A stretch of 61,845 nt of DNA, filler included, from Rhabdomonas costata (taxonomy: Eukaryota): NCBI GenBank assembly GCA_019059605.1. It is 22 parts of 22 records of this genome, joined end to end, with 100 filler letters (N's around TTAATTAATTAA, not from the genome) between each part and the next. Parts side by side here need not be neighbours in the genome. Positions count along the whole stretch, not along the records: positions 47,876 to 50,588 come from JAHMHO010002274.1; positions 50,689 to 53,404 come from JAHMHO010002275.1; positions 53,505 to 56,217 come from JAHMHO010002276.1; positions 56,318 to 59,030 come from JAHMHO010002277.1; positions 59,131 to 61,845 come from JAHMHO010002278.1; 17 more parts are not named here. One strand, given 5' to 3'. Below are positions 48,188 to 61,196 of this stretch, one piece after another. The position numbers and the translations under genes are program-made. Below the pieces are notes generated by a model, which was given only the letters and a program-made list of their open reading frames with translations, searched no databases and was not told where the DNA came from. The stretch's first letter is position 1, and every line of letters begins with the position of its first letter.

Positions 48188-50480
48188 TCACTGGCGCATG
48201 CGCAGTTGGCGACGGAAGCTCGTGGGAGGTACGCTTCGGAGCGCTTCGGAGCTCACCACCGAGAGTTCACATGCGGTAACCTCCCTTCTGCCCCACAAGT
48301 CCCGGCTCCTGTCGCTCAACTGCTTTTTTCTACCCGCTCCGCTCCATTGCTGCTCGTCTGAGGCTTCGTGCTCCTTTTGTATGGGTGTGTGTGTGTGTGT
48401 GGAGGGGGGTGGGTTGCCCACCGGAGGGTCCTGCTTTCGCTGAAACCCGTCCGCACTCGAGCCGACAGGAAAGGGATGGCCTCCGAGAGCAGCGTGTCTG
48501 GGGGAAGGGGACCGGACCGCAGCCCCCCTGGCACGGACAGGGCCATCAAGGGCCGCACCCAAGACTGCCCCAGCATCCCGGCCAAATCCGGGGGAGGCGA
48601 GGTACCCTGCCAGCCCCCGCCCCCATTATCATCTATACAAGTCCCGTGGCAGAAGGGATGCGCACTGATGTGACGGGAGATGTCACCCGAACTTTACTAA
48701 TGCACGGAGTTCAGGAGGCCAGTGAAGGGCAGAAGAAGATCATGAGTTTTCTGGGTATTTTTGCAATGTTTCTGAGTGTGTGGGGGGGGGGATGCTTGGA
48801 AGATCATTCTTCTGTACCCTAAGACCTTTTTAAAAAACGGATTTGTTTACCGAGTGAAGTGAAGATGGTGGGGGATTTTCGGGTCGTGCTCTCCTTCTTG
48901 CTTCTTTTTATCTTTTTCATCAGCCGTCTGCCTCCATACAAACCGAGCTCTGGTTATTCTTGGATGGACTCTTGGATAGAAAATCACACAACCTCACATC
49001 TCCCAGGACACCACTGGCATGCCACCACCCTCATCAATCAACTCTGCTCTTAGAGCACCCATTTTCCCTGCAAGGTTTTTGATCCCATGGGCAGCCTTGG
49101 CATGAATACGAAGAGATGGTCATGCGATTGCGTCTGCTTTCGATTCCACAGAGACGGAAGTGTGCGTGCAACCAGTGGTTTCCACTAACCGAGCTCCGAA
49201 TAGGAGAGCTTGGGGCTAAATGCCGGGGCCCATGCCTTGGGAGCCTAGGGCACCCTTAATAGATAGGCCCTGTCAAGACTGTCAAGACTGGAGCAGGAGT
49301 CGCACTGGAAAATGCACAGGTACCGCTGATGCTGTGTTGCGTTTTGCGCGAGTTTGCAGTGAAGTTGGAAGGGCTGGGGGGGGGGGCAGCCGCACCAGCA
49401 GATCTCCTGTTTCTTGTGCCGCACAGGAGAAGGTCCGGATGCTCTGGTCCAGCCAGGGTCCGGTGAACCATGCCCACTGAGGCACTTCCGGCTGCCTCCG
49501 TACCAAGGCCACAAGGTCGGAGAAACCCTTTTCACAGTCTGATAAGGGACCCATTGTTTGAAGGAGCCTCATCACGGCATCAACCTGTGGGGCCACGTGC
49601 GCACATAACCACAAAAACAACATTGTCGTTTCCCGTTGTTTTTGTTTCCCCATATCTCACGGATCCGAAGCTATCTTCAAGCAGCTACCATGTTTTCAGT
49701 CTCCTTTTCTTTTTAAACACAAAATCCTGCTCCTGACCTCTTTTCGATTCGCTTGTCCCTCGCCGTTTTTGTGTAGCGTGGCCACCAGCTGAATTGCTGT
49801 TTGCTGCTCTACCATACAAAATAGCTGCCGGGTAAAGCCGGGGGAGGGGGCATCTATCATGGTTTCGCGTTGATTTGAGAATCGAAAAGTCCGGTGGGCA
49901 CGACAGTTGCAGAGGGGAGGCATGTGCTGCTTCGCGATTGTCCCTGACAGGCCCCTGACAGCAATCCAGTTACCTTTTCCTTCCTCAATTCGAAATGCGA
50001 TACCACCATCATCGTCATGCATATCTTGTGAGTACACGCTAGACCTGTGCGCATGGCATTTCCTTTCGTTCCAACCAGCTCTCTCAAGTTCAACTTTTTC
50101 CATCCAGCAAATACACGGCTGAACCCGTTTAGGCGAAAGTAAGGGAGCCTGCCACCCATTCCCCAAGTTACGTTGACTATTGCTGCAGGGAGGTCAACAC
50201 AAGAACGACAAGAAGAAGTCAATTTAAAGATTCCGAGCTTGCACTGTTTCGTATATGCACCTATACCTTGTCCCGTATTTGTGTGCAAGCACATGCATTC
50301 ACGCATACCAGGGCCTGGAAGTCAGGCCACTGCACGGGAGCCACGGCGAAGCCGATGCTGACCTCATAAGCGCTGGCCTGCAGGAGGTGAAAGGCGGCCT
50401 GGCAGGCCCGCCACCACGCTAATGCGACGTCAGCCTCCAGCGATTCGGCGGGCGGGGCATCAGTCACCCTGCAATACCGA
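48188..50480 (-). CDS. Hypothetical protein, 3' exons
   Basis: GC-rich AG/GT-bounded blocks at ~50365-50480, ~49395-49585, ~48420-48605 and 48188-48320, ending RRQLRMRQ*. Confidence 0.5.
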
Positions 50481-53400
50481 ATGCGGGGGTGTACCAACAC
50501 CTAATCTCCTACCACAGTGCCTGTTTCTGCCAGATCCCATAGCACCAGCACATAAGTTGGATTCAAGTCGAGCATTCCCACACAACACNNNNNNNNNNNN
50601 NNNNNNNNNNNNNNNNNNNNNNNNNNNNNNNNTTAATTAATTAANNNNNNNNNNNNNNNNNNNNNNNNNNNNNNNNNNNNNNNNNNNNTGAAGAATGTAC
50701 AACAATTTGCGTTCGCTTGGTTCTTTGGCACGTATTTCCTCCCAATTACAATTGGTTACCTTCAATAAAAATCATAAATCAGCAACTTTTACCGAAAATG
50801 AGTGGGCCTTATTTTGGCTCGTTTTTTTTCCTGCGTTGCCAGGGGCGAGGGAGGGTGGCATTTTTACCTTTTAACTTATTTTCATTTTGCGTATCATCAT
50901 CTGACAATTTGATGTCGTAAACATGTAACATTAAAATTGATGTTTTTCTTGTTCTCATTTGCCAAAGTTTCCTTTCAAATTTAGCATTATCTTGAACTAA
51001 TGCTCAGCCCAGCCTTTCATTATGTGAGCCAATTTAATGAAACCACCAGGCCCCGAACCTTGCGAATACCATACGATGACAACACATTTCCTGACCATTA
51101 ACCAAGTCGCAAGTCAGTTCTGAGAAAAGCCTCGAGCGCATAAGGCCTTGCCGAGACTGCAGAAGCTTGAGTGACATTTTTTAAGTCCCCCGTTTTGAGC
51201 AATGCTCCATGCATCGGGCCCCGTAGTGCATAGAGTCACAAAAATGGACCAGAGAAAAGGCACGTGATGCGCAGCGGTACAAAGTTTCTCCGCCACAAAA
51301 GGACATAATTGTCGCTTCGTGAAGGAAACAACATGTCACAAAATTGGCGGAGCCACACAATTGCCATCCGAAAGCAACAGAAAAGCAAGTGTCAGAGTGG
51401 ACGAAGCGAAAAAAGCATTCCACAAAAAATTTACAGGTTATTCAAATTTGATTGGTTTTTAAACCACGAATCATTAATAATGCAAGATCTCGTCCGTACC
51501 CAGTCGCAGGGTCAAGAGGAGAATTGTTCGAAAATGCTGAAAAGTAAAAACGCAATAAATTTGAAGATAAGGGGCCTATTTTTGATGCGGAAGGACACTG
51601 AATAACCCTGCCACCAGAACAAAAAGAGGTATCAGGTGGGATGACACCAACCATCTGAATGCACTTTACGACTCTCCATGAACAAATAAAAATAAACAAA
51701 AGATGATGAACACGGGTCATGTCACAAACACAACTACATCGCAACATCCACTCGCAGGATAAAAGACCACAGTGAATGGAAGTTTCGTTGCTTATCTCTG
51801 GGTTGTGGTTTGTGAGGACGGCACCAAAGTCCCCCACACCACAGTGCATGATCGAGAGGGGTCATACACCCACTACTCACGCATGAAGTTTCCGGACTGC
51901 TTCTGTGTCGCGGTCCATGGAAGGGAGGACTCGCATACGCAGATGCTGCAGAAGGACATGACGGCTATTCTGTGGCACTCTCTGTGCTCTGGCGTGGCCT
52001 CTGCCTCATGGTAAAGTGCAAAGGGGTCTTTGTGGACGCCGTCTTCTATCTGTTCTTCGTGACGCAGAGGTTCAGTGGGTGCTGCCGATTAGAAACCGGA
52101 TGATGCACTAGCTCGAAACCAAAAACGCAGAGGAAGACGCTATACAAAGCGGATCCTATAGCACGTGCTGGCTGCTTTGGGTTGGCCCGACTTATACTTG
52201 AGACAACTAGAACCAAGGCCAGACGACGTTGAATCAGGATCAAAGTTGCTTGATTCTGATGTCTGTTAAGCGCAACCGGTAAAATAAGAAACAAATCAAG
52301 ACCCAAAAAACTAGACTCTCCAGATGGCGTTGCGGAAAACGGTGGCCGCCGAGTCTTTGAAATCTTTCATGTGCAAACACTTTTCTTGGCAGTGCCCCGG
52401 TGCACCACCGAGCTGCCAAGGAGGGACCACCGTCCCGACTTCCGGGTCCGGGACTATGATATGGTCAAGCCTCCTCCAGTTCGTACCCGGTGGTGACGAC
52501 TGCTTTCGTCCCGAAACAAACCCCATTCTCCTGTGACCTTGTAGTCCATGCCGTCTGGCTGCGCTGGAAAAGGCCCACCTGCCGTGCAAAGGTTGTCAAT
52601 GTACCGTTGGGCATTTCCTTGTCTTGGAGGCGTGTTTCGTTTCCACTGGGTAACGAGCCACTTTGGCAATTTCAGGCGCTTTTGGCAGACACATTGACCC
52701 ATAATTTCGCCGCGTCCCAGGCCAGGTTGGTGTCAGTTGATCTGTTTCGTGTGAATTATGCGTTTAAGCGGGACGAGCCCATGGTAACAGTAACGCCAGT
52801 GGTTCGATGGATATAGACTACCACAGGTTGACACATGCACCATAGTAGCACTATGGGTATAAACCCTAGAGGTGAGTAGGCCGGTAAACCCCTCCGGAGG
52901 AAGCTAGAAGGTCAGGCCAAGGCTCAACCCAGCCAACATCAGCCAATAGGTGGTGTATGCATGTGGTAGCCCTACACCATAAGGTAGTAGTGGTACGCAT
53001 GGCATGAAAGCCAACCAGATGGTGATGTCAGGTGTGAGGTAAGTGGTAGCATATCTCCACACCTACGCTGACGATGTTGGTGCATAGGTTATGCTAGCTA
53101 CACCCTACGCTGAAGGTGCCAACGTAGAGGATGGAGCGATGGTGCATACCTACTGCTGGTGTTGATGCTGCTACCAACTCCCAGGTAGCTAGAAGTGCGA
53201 AGTGGAGGTCGCCGAGACCGACATGATGCATGGATGGTGACAGAGGGATGTTGGAAGGAAGCAGCAATGCCCACTCTTAGGGTGATGAGTGGAGTAAGCA
53301 TGCTACCCTACCGCTACAGAAGGGATGTCAGCAAGTATGCGCCCGTAGCATGAACCCACCGCTACCATGCTGAGGGATGATGCTTACCTCTGAACCCCAA

Positions 53401-53687
53401 AACANNNNNNNNNNNNNNNNNNNNNNNNNNNNNNNNNNNNNNNNNNNNTTAATTAATTAANNNNNNNNNNNNNNNNNNNNNNNNNNNNNNNNNNNNNNNN
53501 NNNNGTTGGTGTGGGGGAATCTGGGGGGGGGGCAAAAGGGTTTGACAAATGGATGGCATCTGGTTGGAACCTGTTTTCTTCGGGGGGTGTTGTCTTCCGA
53601 GCCTGCTTAACTACTTAAAAAGCCGGAAAGGACGACGCGCTCTTTCAGCGAAAGTTCCTTTTTTCCTTTAATTGATCGTTTGCAATT

Positions 53688-53747
53688 AACGCAACGCAAC
53701 GCAGCGCATCGCATCGCAACGCAGCGCAACGCATCGCAACGCAGCGC
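53688..53747. repeat. Pentanucleotide repeat (CGCAn)n
   Basis: aacgc aacgc aacgc agcgc atcgc atcgc ..., about 12 units. Confidence 0.9.
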
Positions 53748-53993
53748 GTGCGTGCTTGATTAAGCAGGAGAACGAGCACTACAGTAGAACACAATCCACA
53801 CAGTTCGTGGTGCTACCAGGGTTAAAAGGTGGGCCGCACAACCGGTCAGCGGTTAAGTGGTGCCGCATTCCTTACAGTAGGAACAAGCCTCTCTGTTCCA
53901 GAGAAAAACAATAACACTACCAAAACACATCTATACATCTATGTGAGCGAAATCCGAAAAAAACCAGCTTGTCCATCCTTTCAATACAGTAGC

Positions 53994-56144
53994 TTATCGG
54001 ATGGTGCCGGGAACGACAAACCCCATTGCATGGGCTCTTCTCAGCAGAATGTTCTTCAGCTCCTCAGGCATGGGCATCCCTGGGCGGAACTTCCGCTGCA
54101 GCTCAAGGTAATCACGCTTCACCACCACCGAGTTTTTCTGCCAGAACCCGCCGCAGGGGCGAACGTACCCCGCAGTAGGCCTCACCTCAGGAAAAGCCTG
54201 TACATTGGCGAGTACTCGCACTGCCTCGGGGCTCAAGTTGCCCCCAGTTGAACCAAGAACCTGAGGCACGGTGTGCTGGAGCAGAAGAAAGTGAATCGCG
54301 GCGTGAGCCGACGCGCTGATCTCAGCGTCCTGTGCCAACGAAACCACCAGAGTGTCAACAACAAAGAAAGAACAAAGAGAGCCCTGGAAGATGGCCCATC
54401 AGAGACAACCACCACGCTTAGATTTGAGAATGCTGCCCCCAAATCCTCCGTTTCTGCGCGAAACACATCCCACCCTCTGAATTTTCCGCATCGAATCTTT
54501 CTCTGCGTTTCTCTCATTATTTAGTCCACTTCCAGTGTCACCTCTGTATACTCCCGCACAGCCCAGAAAAAAATTGTACATCAAACCCGCCAACCCGACC
54601 GAAATTGCCGCTAGGGTAGTTTGCGTCAGTGGCGTCATATCTCCAAAGAAAAGTTGCCCTGTTGTTTCTGCAAACGTTCTGCTAAAAAGTACATCAAATG
54701 CACTTCCGCGGAGAACCTTTTTTCCCCGGTAGTGCTCCAGAAAGACGTATCCTCCGACAGCCACAACGGGGTACAGTTCGTAGAGTGTTTCCAGAGTGGA
54801 GTTATAGTCGTCCCCACTAATCACGAGAACGGCAAGATGCCGCTTTTCCCGCCGCAGCCGCCGCTCCAGCCTGGAGGCTCCACCGTCAAAGAACCCTGTG
54901 AGTTTCAACACCCACCAACGGAAAAGGTTCAGAATGTAACTGTAGTCTGGGCCTGTAGTTGACTACAGGCCCAGAAAGAGACGTTCTGCGTACGCTGCGC
55001 AGAACGAATATAACAGTGTCGTTCAAATTGCAGTGGTGGAACTGAAAAAATTTCGGAAATACCGGAAAAAATACAGCACAAGTACTCCAGAGGAAACTGG
55101 CGCCAAAATACAATGGTTGAGCAACCCGGCATGCCAGGGACCGGGAGGGGAAGGCCGCGAGAGGAACTGAGAAATGCAAGGGAATCACAAAATTTCTGAG
55201 GTACATTGTCCGCTCACAAACCGGAGAAATTTAAGGTTGGTGGCTTGAGAAGGATGAGACTGAACACCACAAAGGGATGCAAAATTGAGCCATATCAATG
55301 ACTTCAACTAACTGACCTGGGTGGCTCGAATCGGGCCACATACTTCAGGAAAAGGAACACAAGTGAACTTTCTCTCGGTCGTCGGGGCAGGGGGCAGTGC
55401 CGAAGCGGGCAGTGTGCGTGCGTGCGTGCGTTTTTCTTCTTTGTTGCTCTCCAGACCGCATCTGCCGGTTAAAGACATCCCATGGGGGACGATCACTCCT
55501 ATCAATCCTTGCAATACCTATCAATGGCTCAAAAAAGAGAAAATGGAGCAACTATCGCCCTTAAAGCCCCCCTCCAGCATGGCCACACAAGTGTTCCCTG
55601 AAGTATTTGACAGAACACCTGACATGGAGTTAGAGGGCCATGTTTGTGTGCTTTGAGGTGATAATGCAAGACTTTGCGGGAGTGGGCGGGGTGGGGGTTA
55701 GTACTTTCCAGTATGCCTGGACCGCGCAGTGAATGGGAGAGATTCAACATTAATGTGCGATCGTGCTTGGAGCGAGTTCATGTGTAGAGTTTATGTCAAA
55801 AAGAAAGTTTTTTAATGCAATAAGGAAGGATTGGAGGAAGGGAGAACGGAGGTTGAGCGTGGGCGGCGCCGCACCTGGAACAAACCGCACGTGCTTAGAG
55901 AGCCCAAACGCACGAAAGGCCTGGCCCACAGAGGACTCCGAAATGGCCAGTAGCTCCCCAGCCGTCCCTGGGCCTCCCAGCGAGGCCTGCGGGGAGGCCA
56001 GCAGGGGCCGCAGCCGCGAAGATACCTCCCGGTCCCCGAAGCTGTCGCACACCCACACTACCGACTGACGCCCCAGCATGTTCAGCACAAGCCTCGCAAA
56101 GATGGATAGGCCGAATCTCCAGCCTCCCGTCTCCGCAAAGTCCC
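53994..56144 (-). CDS. TylF/MycF/NovP-like O-methyltransferase-domain protein (3' part, 3 exons)
   Basis: Exon 56144-55875 (GDFAETGGWRFGLSIF..VWVCDSF..LAISESSV..F..FGL..VRFVP), exon 54895-54717 (GFF..LAVLVISGDDYNSTLETLYELYPVVAVGGYVFLEHY) and exon 54329-53994. Confidence 0.8.
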
Positions 56145-56317
56145 CTGAGCACCCAGACAAGGTGTGGGAAGCCCCAGCACGTTACTCATCTTTGCTCTAA
56201 AGTGTCAACACCCAACCNNNNNNNNNNNNNNNNNNNNNNNNNNNNNNNNNNNNNNNNNNNNTTAATTAATTAANNNNNNNNNNNNNNNNNNNNNNNNNNN
56301 NNNNNNNNNNNNNNNNN

Positions 56318-57670
56318 GGTTTGGTGTCTCACCAGCGAAGTAGCTCCACCTCCCAAGTAGGGAAAGTCGTTATGCTTCGCCGCTAACCCCACAGCAATCG
56401 GCGAAGAAGAATTAAAGTACGACGCCAGCATCAGCATGCGGTGCCCGACAATGTAGTTGTCATCCCAGCATCGCACGTACCAATTAAAGCCACCAAAATG
56501 GGTGTAAACATACGCCCAAATCACCAGGATGCGAGTGGTTAAATCTGCACGGCGCACTCCTCCTTTAACAGAGCCGGCGGTGTTTACCACAATAGCCGGG
56601 AAAGTGTGTTTTCGGGCGAGAGGGGCCGTGGTAAACCAGGTCATGTTGGGTAGCAGTCTGCCCCAGGTATTGTGGGCAGCCACAGCCAAAGCGTGATTTT
56701 GACTGTATGTGACGCCAAAAAAGAATACTTTGCCGGGTTTCTTGGTGGGCTTTCTACAGGCCGGAGGGTGAGTCTTCCAGTAATATCTCTGAAGCAACGC
56801 AATATCTCTATTTTGCAAGAAGCCAACCTGGCGCAGTTGAGAAAACAAGTCGGTCCAGGAAGGCCGCATGAGATTGTCCAAACTGACATCTACGCTCAAA
56901 CGTGAAGGCGCACTATTGCCATGTCTTGCTGCGCAATTCAGAATCTGAGAGTGGAAAATGGAAGCGTTCTTGAAGGATTCTTCCGTAGGAACGAGCAGAG
57001 CACGTAATTTCCGCATCACGTCCACTCCTGTGGAGGAATCCGAAATATCGAGCCATGATCTTCCCGCCAGAGCCCAAACATTTGCATACCCTCCGACCTT
57101 GTGAAAAAAAGAAGATCCGCACTTTTGCTCAACTCTGCTGGATCGATGGGCCGAACCGGAACCTGCTTTCGAAGACAAGCGCCCCGTGCTGGAACAAGCT
57201 TTCCGAATGCTCCACTCACTTTCCCAGAGAGTCGTTTCATTGCACAGCTCCAGTATTCCCACTCCTGCCTTTTCGCTCAAAATCCTGGGATCTGCAATCA
57301 GAAGATAGGACTGCGGGTGTAAGTCGCTCAGCAGTGAGGCAAACAATGGTGAAACCTGAGCCAGAATCTTTGAAGATTGGTTTGAAATATGAACGACATC
57401 ACACTCTGAAGTTCGCCGCACCTCACGTAAAGCCAGCCGACCCAGAGATGAGGTCACCCACTTCTCGCCCACGGTAAACAGGAGCGGGGACCATCCTTGC
57501 CGCTTCCACCACAAGGTGGTAAATGGCATGCGAAAGGCCAAGCTAGGCTCAAAATCCCATCCCATCACCACCAGGCGTTTCGGTTTCACAGAGACTTCAG
57601 ATGAAACGCTCTGTGCAACAACACCATATGCCAAAATAAAAGCAAGGAAAAATTTGCAACGCAAGGCCAT
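56318..57670 (-). CDS. Secretory-pathway glycosyltransferase with GT31 (Fringe/C1GALT1-like) domain; long single exon, 3'-truncated
   Basis: Signal/anchor MALRCKFFLAFILAYG; AVAAHNTWG, FNWYVRCWDDNYI, PIAVG, YLGGGA. Confidence 0.85.
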
Positions 57671-60600
57671 CACGGACAATATAGGTGCCCTAAAAGATAG
57701 TCGCAGTTGGCTTCGGCGCAATGCCCTGGAGCTTCATTTGATTGATAACATTTTTTCAGACATCACCTATACTAACTCCTTAAACAATTGTCGGCCATGG
57801 AGATGTTCTTAGTGATCACATTTCCATTCTCGTAGACCAGGCACCTCGTCCTTCTTTGCAATCAGGCTACTCATAGAAATGAGAATGCAAAGCGAACGGC
57901 TCTCTCTCTCGCTCGCTCTCGAAAAACAAAACTCCCCTCTCCTGTAAACAGGCACTTGGCTATGTCAATAAAAAGTCATTTCAAAATGTATAAGCAGTAT
58001 CACAGAACAAAAAAAGAAGACAGACTGAACGTGGCCCAATGTCAATTGGGCATCAAATCTCAGGTTTCAAAATATAATGTTACCTGAACACAACTAGTCA
58101 CAGAAGGTGTCAATTATAATTCATCGAATCTCCCATTACTGCGATGGCTGTGCGAATTCTTATGCCGTTTGTAATTTTACTCGATGGGCAGCACACCTTG
58201 GCAACGATTGTTCCGATTGTTGGGAATCACACGAAGCGGCAGGGATCAAGAAGGAACCGTTTCTTTAAGGGAAAGCATTTATTAAATGCAGTAAAACAGA
58301 TGCCCCACACAATTATAACCAAAGCAAAAAGTGGAGGGGCGGCAGTTCAGTTTCCCGCTTAAGCCGAATCCTTGATGATATTCATCTCAATGAAGGGGGA
58401 GAGGGTCCACTCTTCGGTTCTCTGTCACACACACACACACACACTCTCTCTCTCTCTCGATCACAAACGAAAAAAGACATAAATCCTTGCCGGCAAACCG
58501 GCGTGCATGTGGGCGGACGTTTTGCCAGCAACAGTTCTTTCTGTAAGCGAATGCCGGCAAAGCCACGCACGCATTCGAGCCATTCTGAATCTGGAGGTTA
58601 GGCTCTGTATGCAGGCCTGCAAAGTCCCGAAAAGGGCCCTTCCAAGCCTGTGTAAAGGCAGAAAGGGCTCAAAAACACCCCAAAATGGCTCTAAAATGGC
58701 CTCTAGCGTGGCTCTAAACAGAAGCATTCGGGGGCACTCCGGTGCCAGCGTGAAGTACTTCTGGGCTCTACCCTTAGGTATGCGAAGGAGGCCCGGCCGA
58801 AAACTTAAGCACAGTATGCAGGCATGCAAAAGCGTCAGAAAATTTTCAAATGGGACCTTGAAGAGGTCATATCTCGGCGTGGAGAAGGAGTCGAAGCAAC
58901 TAACCAACTCATCTCAGGAGTACTACCACAACACCATTTATAAGCCTCAACCCGTCACTGTAGCTTCAGTTCTGAGGTCAGGGTTAGGTGACGGGTCAGG
59001 GAGTGATCATGGCGGATGTCACCCAGCGAANNNNNNNNNNNNNNNNNNNNNNNNNNNNNNNNNNNNNNNNNNNNTTAATTAATTAANNNNNNNNNNNNNN
59101 NNNNNNNNNNNNNNNNNNNNNNNNNNNNNNCTGGTGCTTCTATCGTGGGGTCGGAGTTCGAGGAAGCGCACGCTTCTGAGGGATGCGCAGTTAAAATCGC
59201 CAGGTATTCGAATGGCAACAAATATGTCCATCTCATCCACATCCACCCATGCCACAGAGCCAAAGAGATCCGCTTATCGCTTATCCAATTGGCAACCACA
59301 ACTCGGTGCAATGAGTTGTGAAGGACATGAAGTATGCTGAAAACTATAAAATTCGTTTACCGTTGCTGCTTCCTACCAGTGGCAGCGCAAGAGCCTGCTC
59401 AAACGCGTCGCAACGGCACCCAGAAGGACTCCAAGGTCGGCACAGGAAGCACAGTGATACAATAATATTCACAAGGAATCTACAAGGAGAGCGCAAGGAC
59501 AGCCTGAAAGAACACAGAGAGAGCACAGGCAAATATTTTGGGCGCGAACCCACCACCAATGGTGGAACCAAGCGAGAGAGTAAAAACCACTAAACACGGA
59601 AGACACTTCACCAATTGCATCGAAGTCCTGAAAAAAGCGAGAGGGGAAAGCTTGTCCATAAAGCCGACCAAATCACATTCTTGGGACGGCCACAGAAGCT
59701 CCACTTCACACGGTGCGCGCAAACAAAGCATGTGTGCGAGATGCAGATGCTAGACATTTCGCAAGATATCCACAAAACACCCTCTTCCGCACCTCCCTGG
59801 CAGACGACAGCTGCAGCTATAATAGCGAAAGTCGCGATCGCAGGGGTCTAGATACAACATGTCACACTAATCAGAATGTACCGCCATACCCCGATGTGAA
59901 CACCAGAATCGAGGAGCTCCAAAAATCATAAATAGAAAAACACAGGCGTGCCTTTTCTGCCGTCACACGGCCAGGCTGCCTCCTCAGCGGCGTGTCACCA
60001 CCGCGGCTCGAACTATCCTCTGGGGCTGGCCAGCTGTTTGTGGCGGCACACGGCAAATCAAATAAAAAGTAAGCGTAGCGGTTGGCATGCCCGAACAGAA
60101 GAGAAATGGCATGCCAGTGAGAGAGAGAAATGAGAACATATCAAAATGACCAACAAGATTACGATGGATGGGTGGGGACAACAGAACACAAGGCTAACGG
60201 TCAACGGTCACCAGTGACAAGGTGCGACGAGGCCCGGTTTAGAAACGTCGTGTGCGCCGCACGTGGTCTTGGTCAAAAACCTGTAGAGACAATTTTCGTT
60301 TTCATAAATTTCGGTCTACCTCTGTCCATTTCGAGCGGTGAGGAAAAGCACGACACTGCAAACTTTTCGCCACTTTGTTCAAAAACGCACAAAAACCCAC
60401 AAATACACAGACACGTTTGGGTCGAGGTGGCATCGCAGCCATGGCGAAGGTGGCGACCGAAGGAGGGGTCTTCCTGCGCTGAAAGCTTATTGTGGAGGCC
60501 CTGGACGACCTTCGGCGCACCTTCGGCTTATTCTGAACAAAATATATAGAGAATGCATCCTTGATTGTTTGTTTTTGCCCACGTAACGGTTATGAACAAA

Positions 60601-60745
60601 CACCCGCAGATAAGGAATCGTAATGATCAGTGTTCACATTACAAATAACCCGAATGTGTTCAAGCCCACACACAATTTCAAAGATGAGGAGAATTCCACT
60701 GACAAATGTGATCGACGAATTCCCCAGCAACAACCAATAACCGAG

Positions 60746-60955
60746 GTAAGGTAAGGTAAGGTAAGGTAAGGTAAGGTAAGGTAAGGTAAGGTAAGGTAAG
60801 GAAAGGTAAGGTAAGGTAAGGTAAGGTAAGGTAAGGTAAGGTAAGGTAAGGTAAGGTAAGGTAAGGTAAGGCAAGGTAAGGTAAGGTAAGGTAAGGTAAG
60901 GTAAGGTAAGGTAAGGCAAGGCAAGGTAAGGTAAGGTAAGGCAAGGTAAGGCAAG
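60746..60955. repeat. (GTAAG)42 microsatellite, (CTTAC)n on the gene sense strand
   Basis: 210 nt of GTAAG with a few GCAAG/GAAAG variants. Confidence 0.98.
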
Positions 60956-60961
60956 GCATAC

Positions 60962-61196
60962 CCTTGGTGTGACAGAGCGGTGAACCATAGACGATGAGGA
61001 TGGGGCCAGGGACTCCGAGATAGACTCCGCCACAGAGCTGGCGCGGGAGATGGACCCCCGGGCCGAGGGAAGCGCGCTCTCCACCACAGACTCGAAGTCC
61101 TCGCTGTAGTCGTTGATGTTCCCTGTGATTTGGGGCAATCCGACCCAAGGCGCACCCAAGTACTCGATCTGCTCTTCGAAGACCTCAGCTGTGCAC
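60962..61196 (-). CDS. Exon(s) of a Ser-rich hypothetical protein
   Basis: AEVFEEQIEYL..GNINDYSEDFESVVESALPSARGSISRASSVAESISES..VTPR, followed by donor GTATGC at 60961. Confidence 0.55.

Noticed and set aside
51880..52120. Cys-rich minus-strand segment (CHRIAVSFCSICVC) as a transposase zinc finger
   Set aside because: No transposase catalytic motifs or terminal repeats seen nearby; too weak to call.
14496..57670. A glycosylation 'cluster' (LicD, TylF, GT31)
   Set aside because: The genes are on different unlinked contigs, so co-occurrence is an artefact of concatenation.
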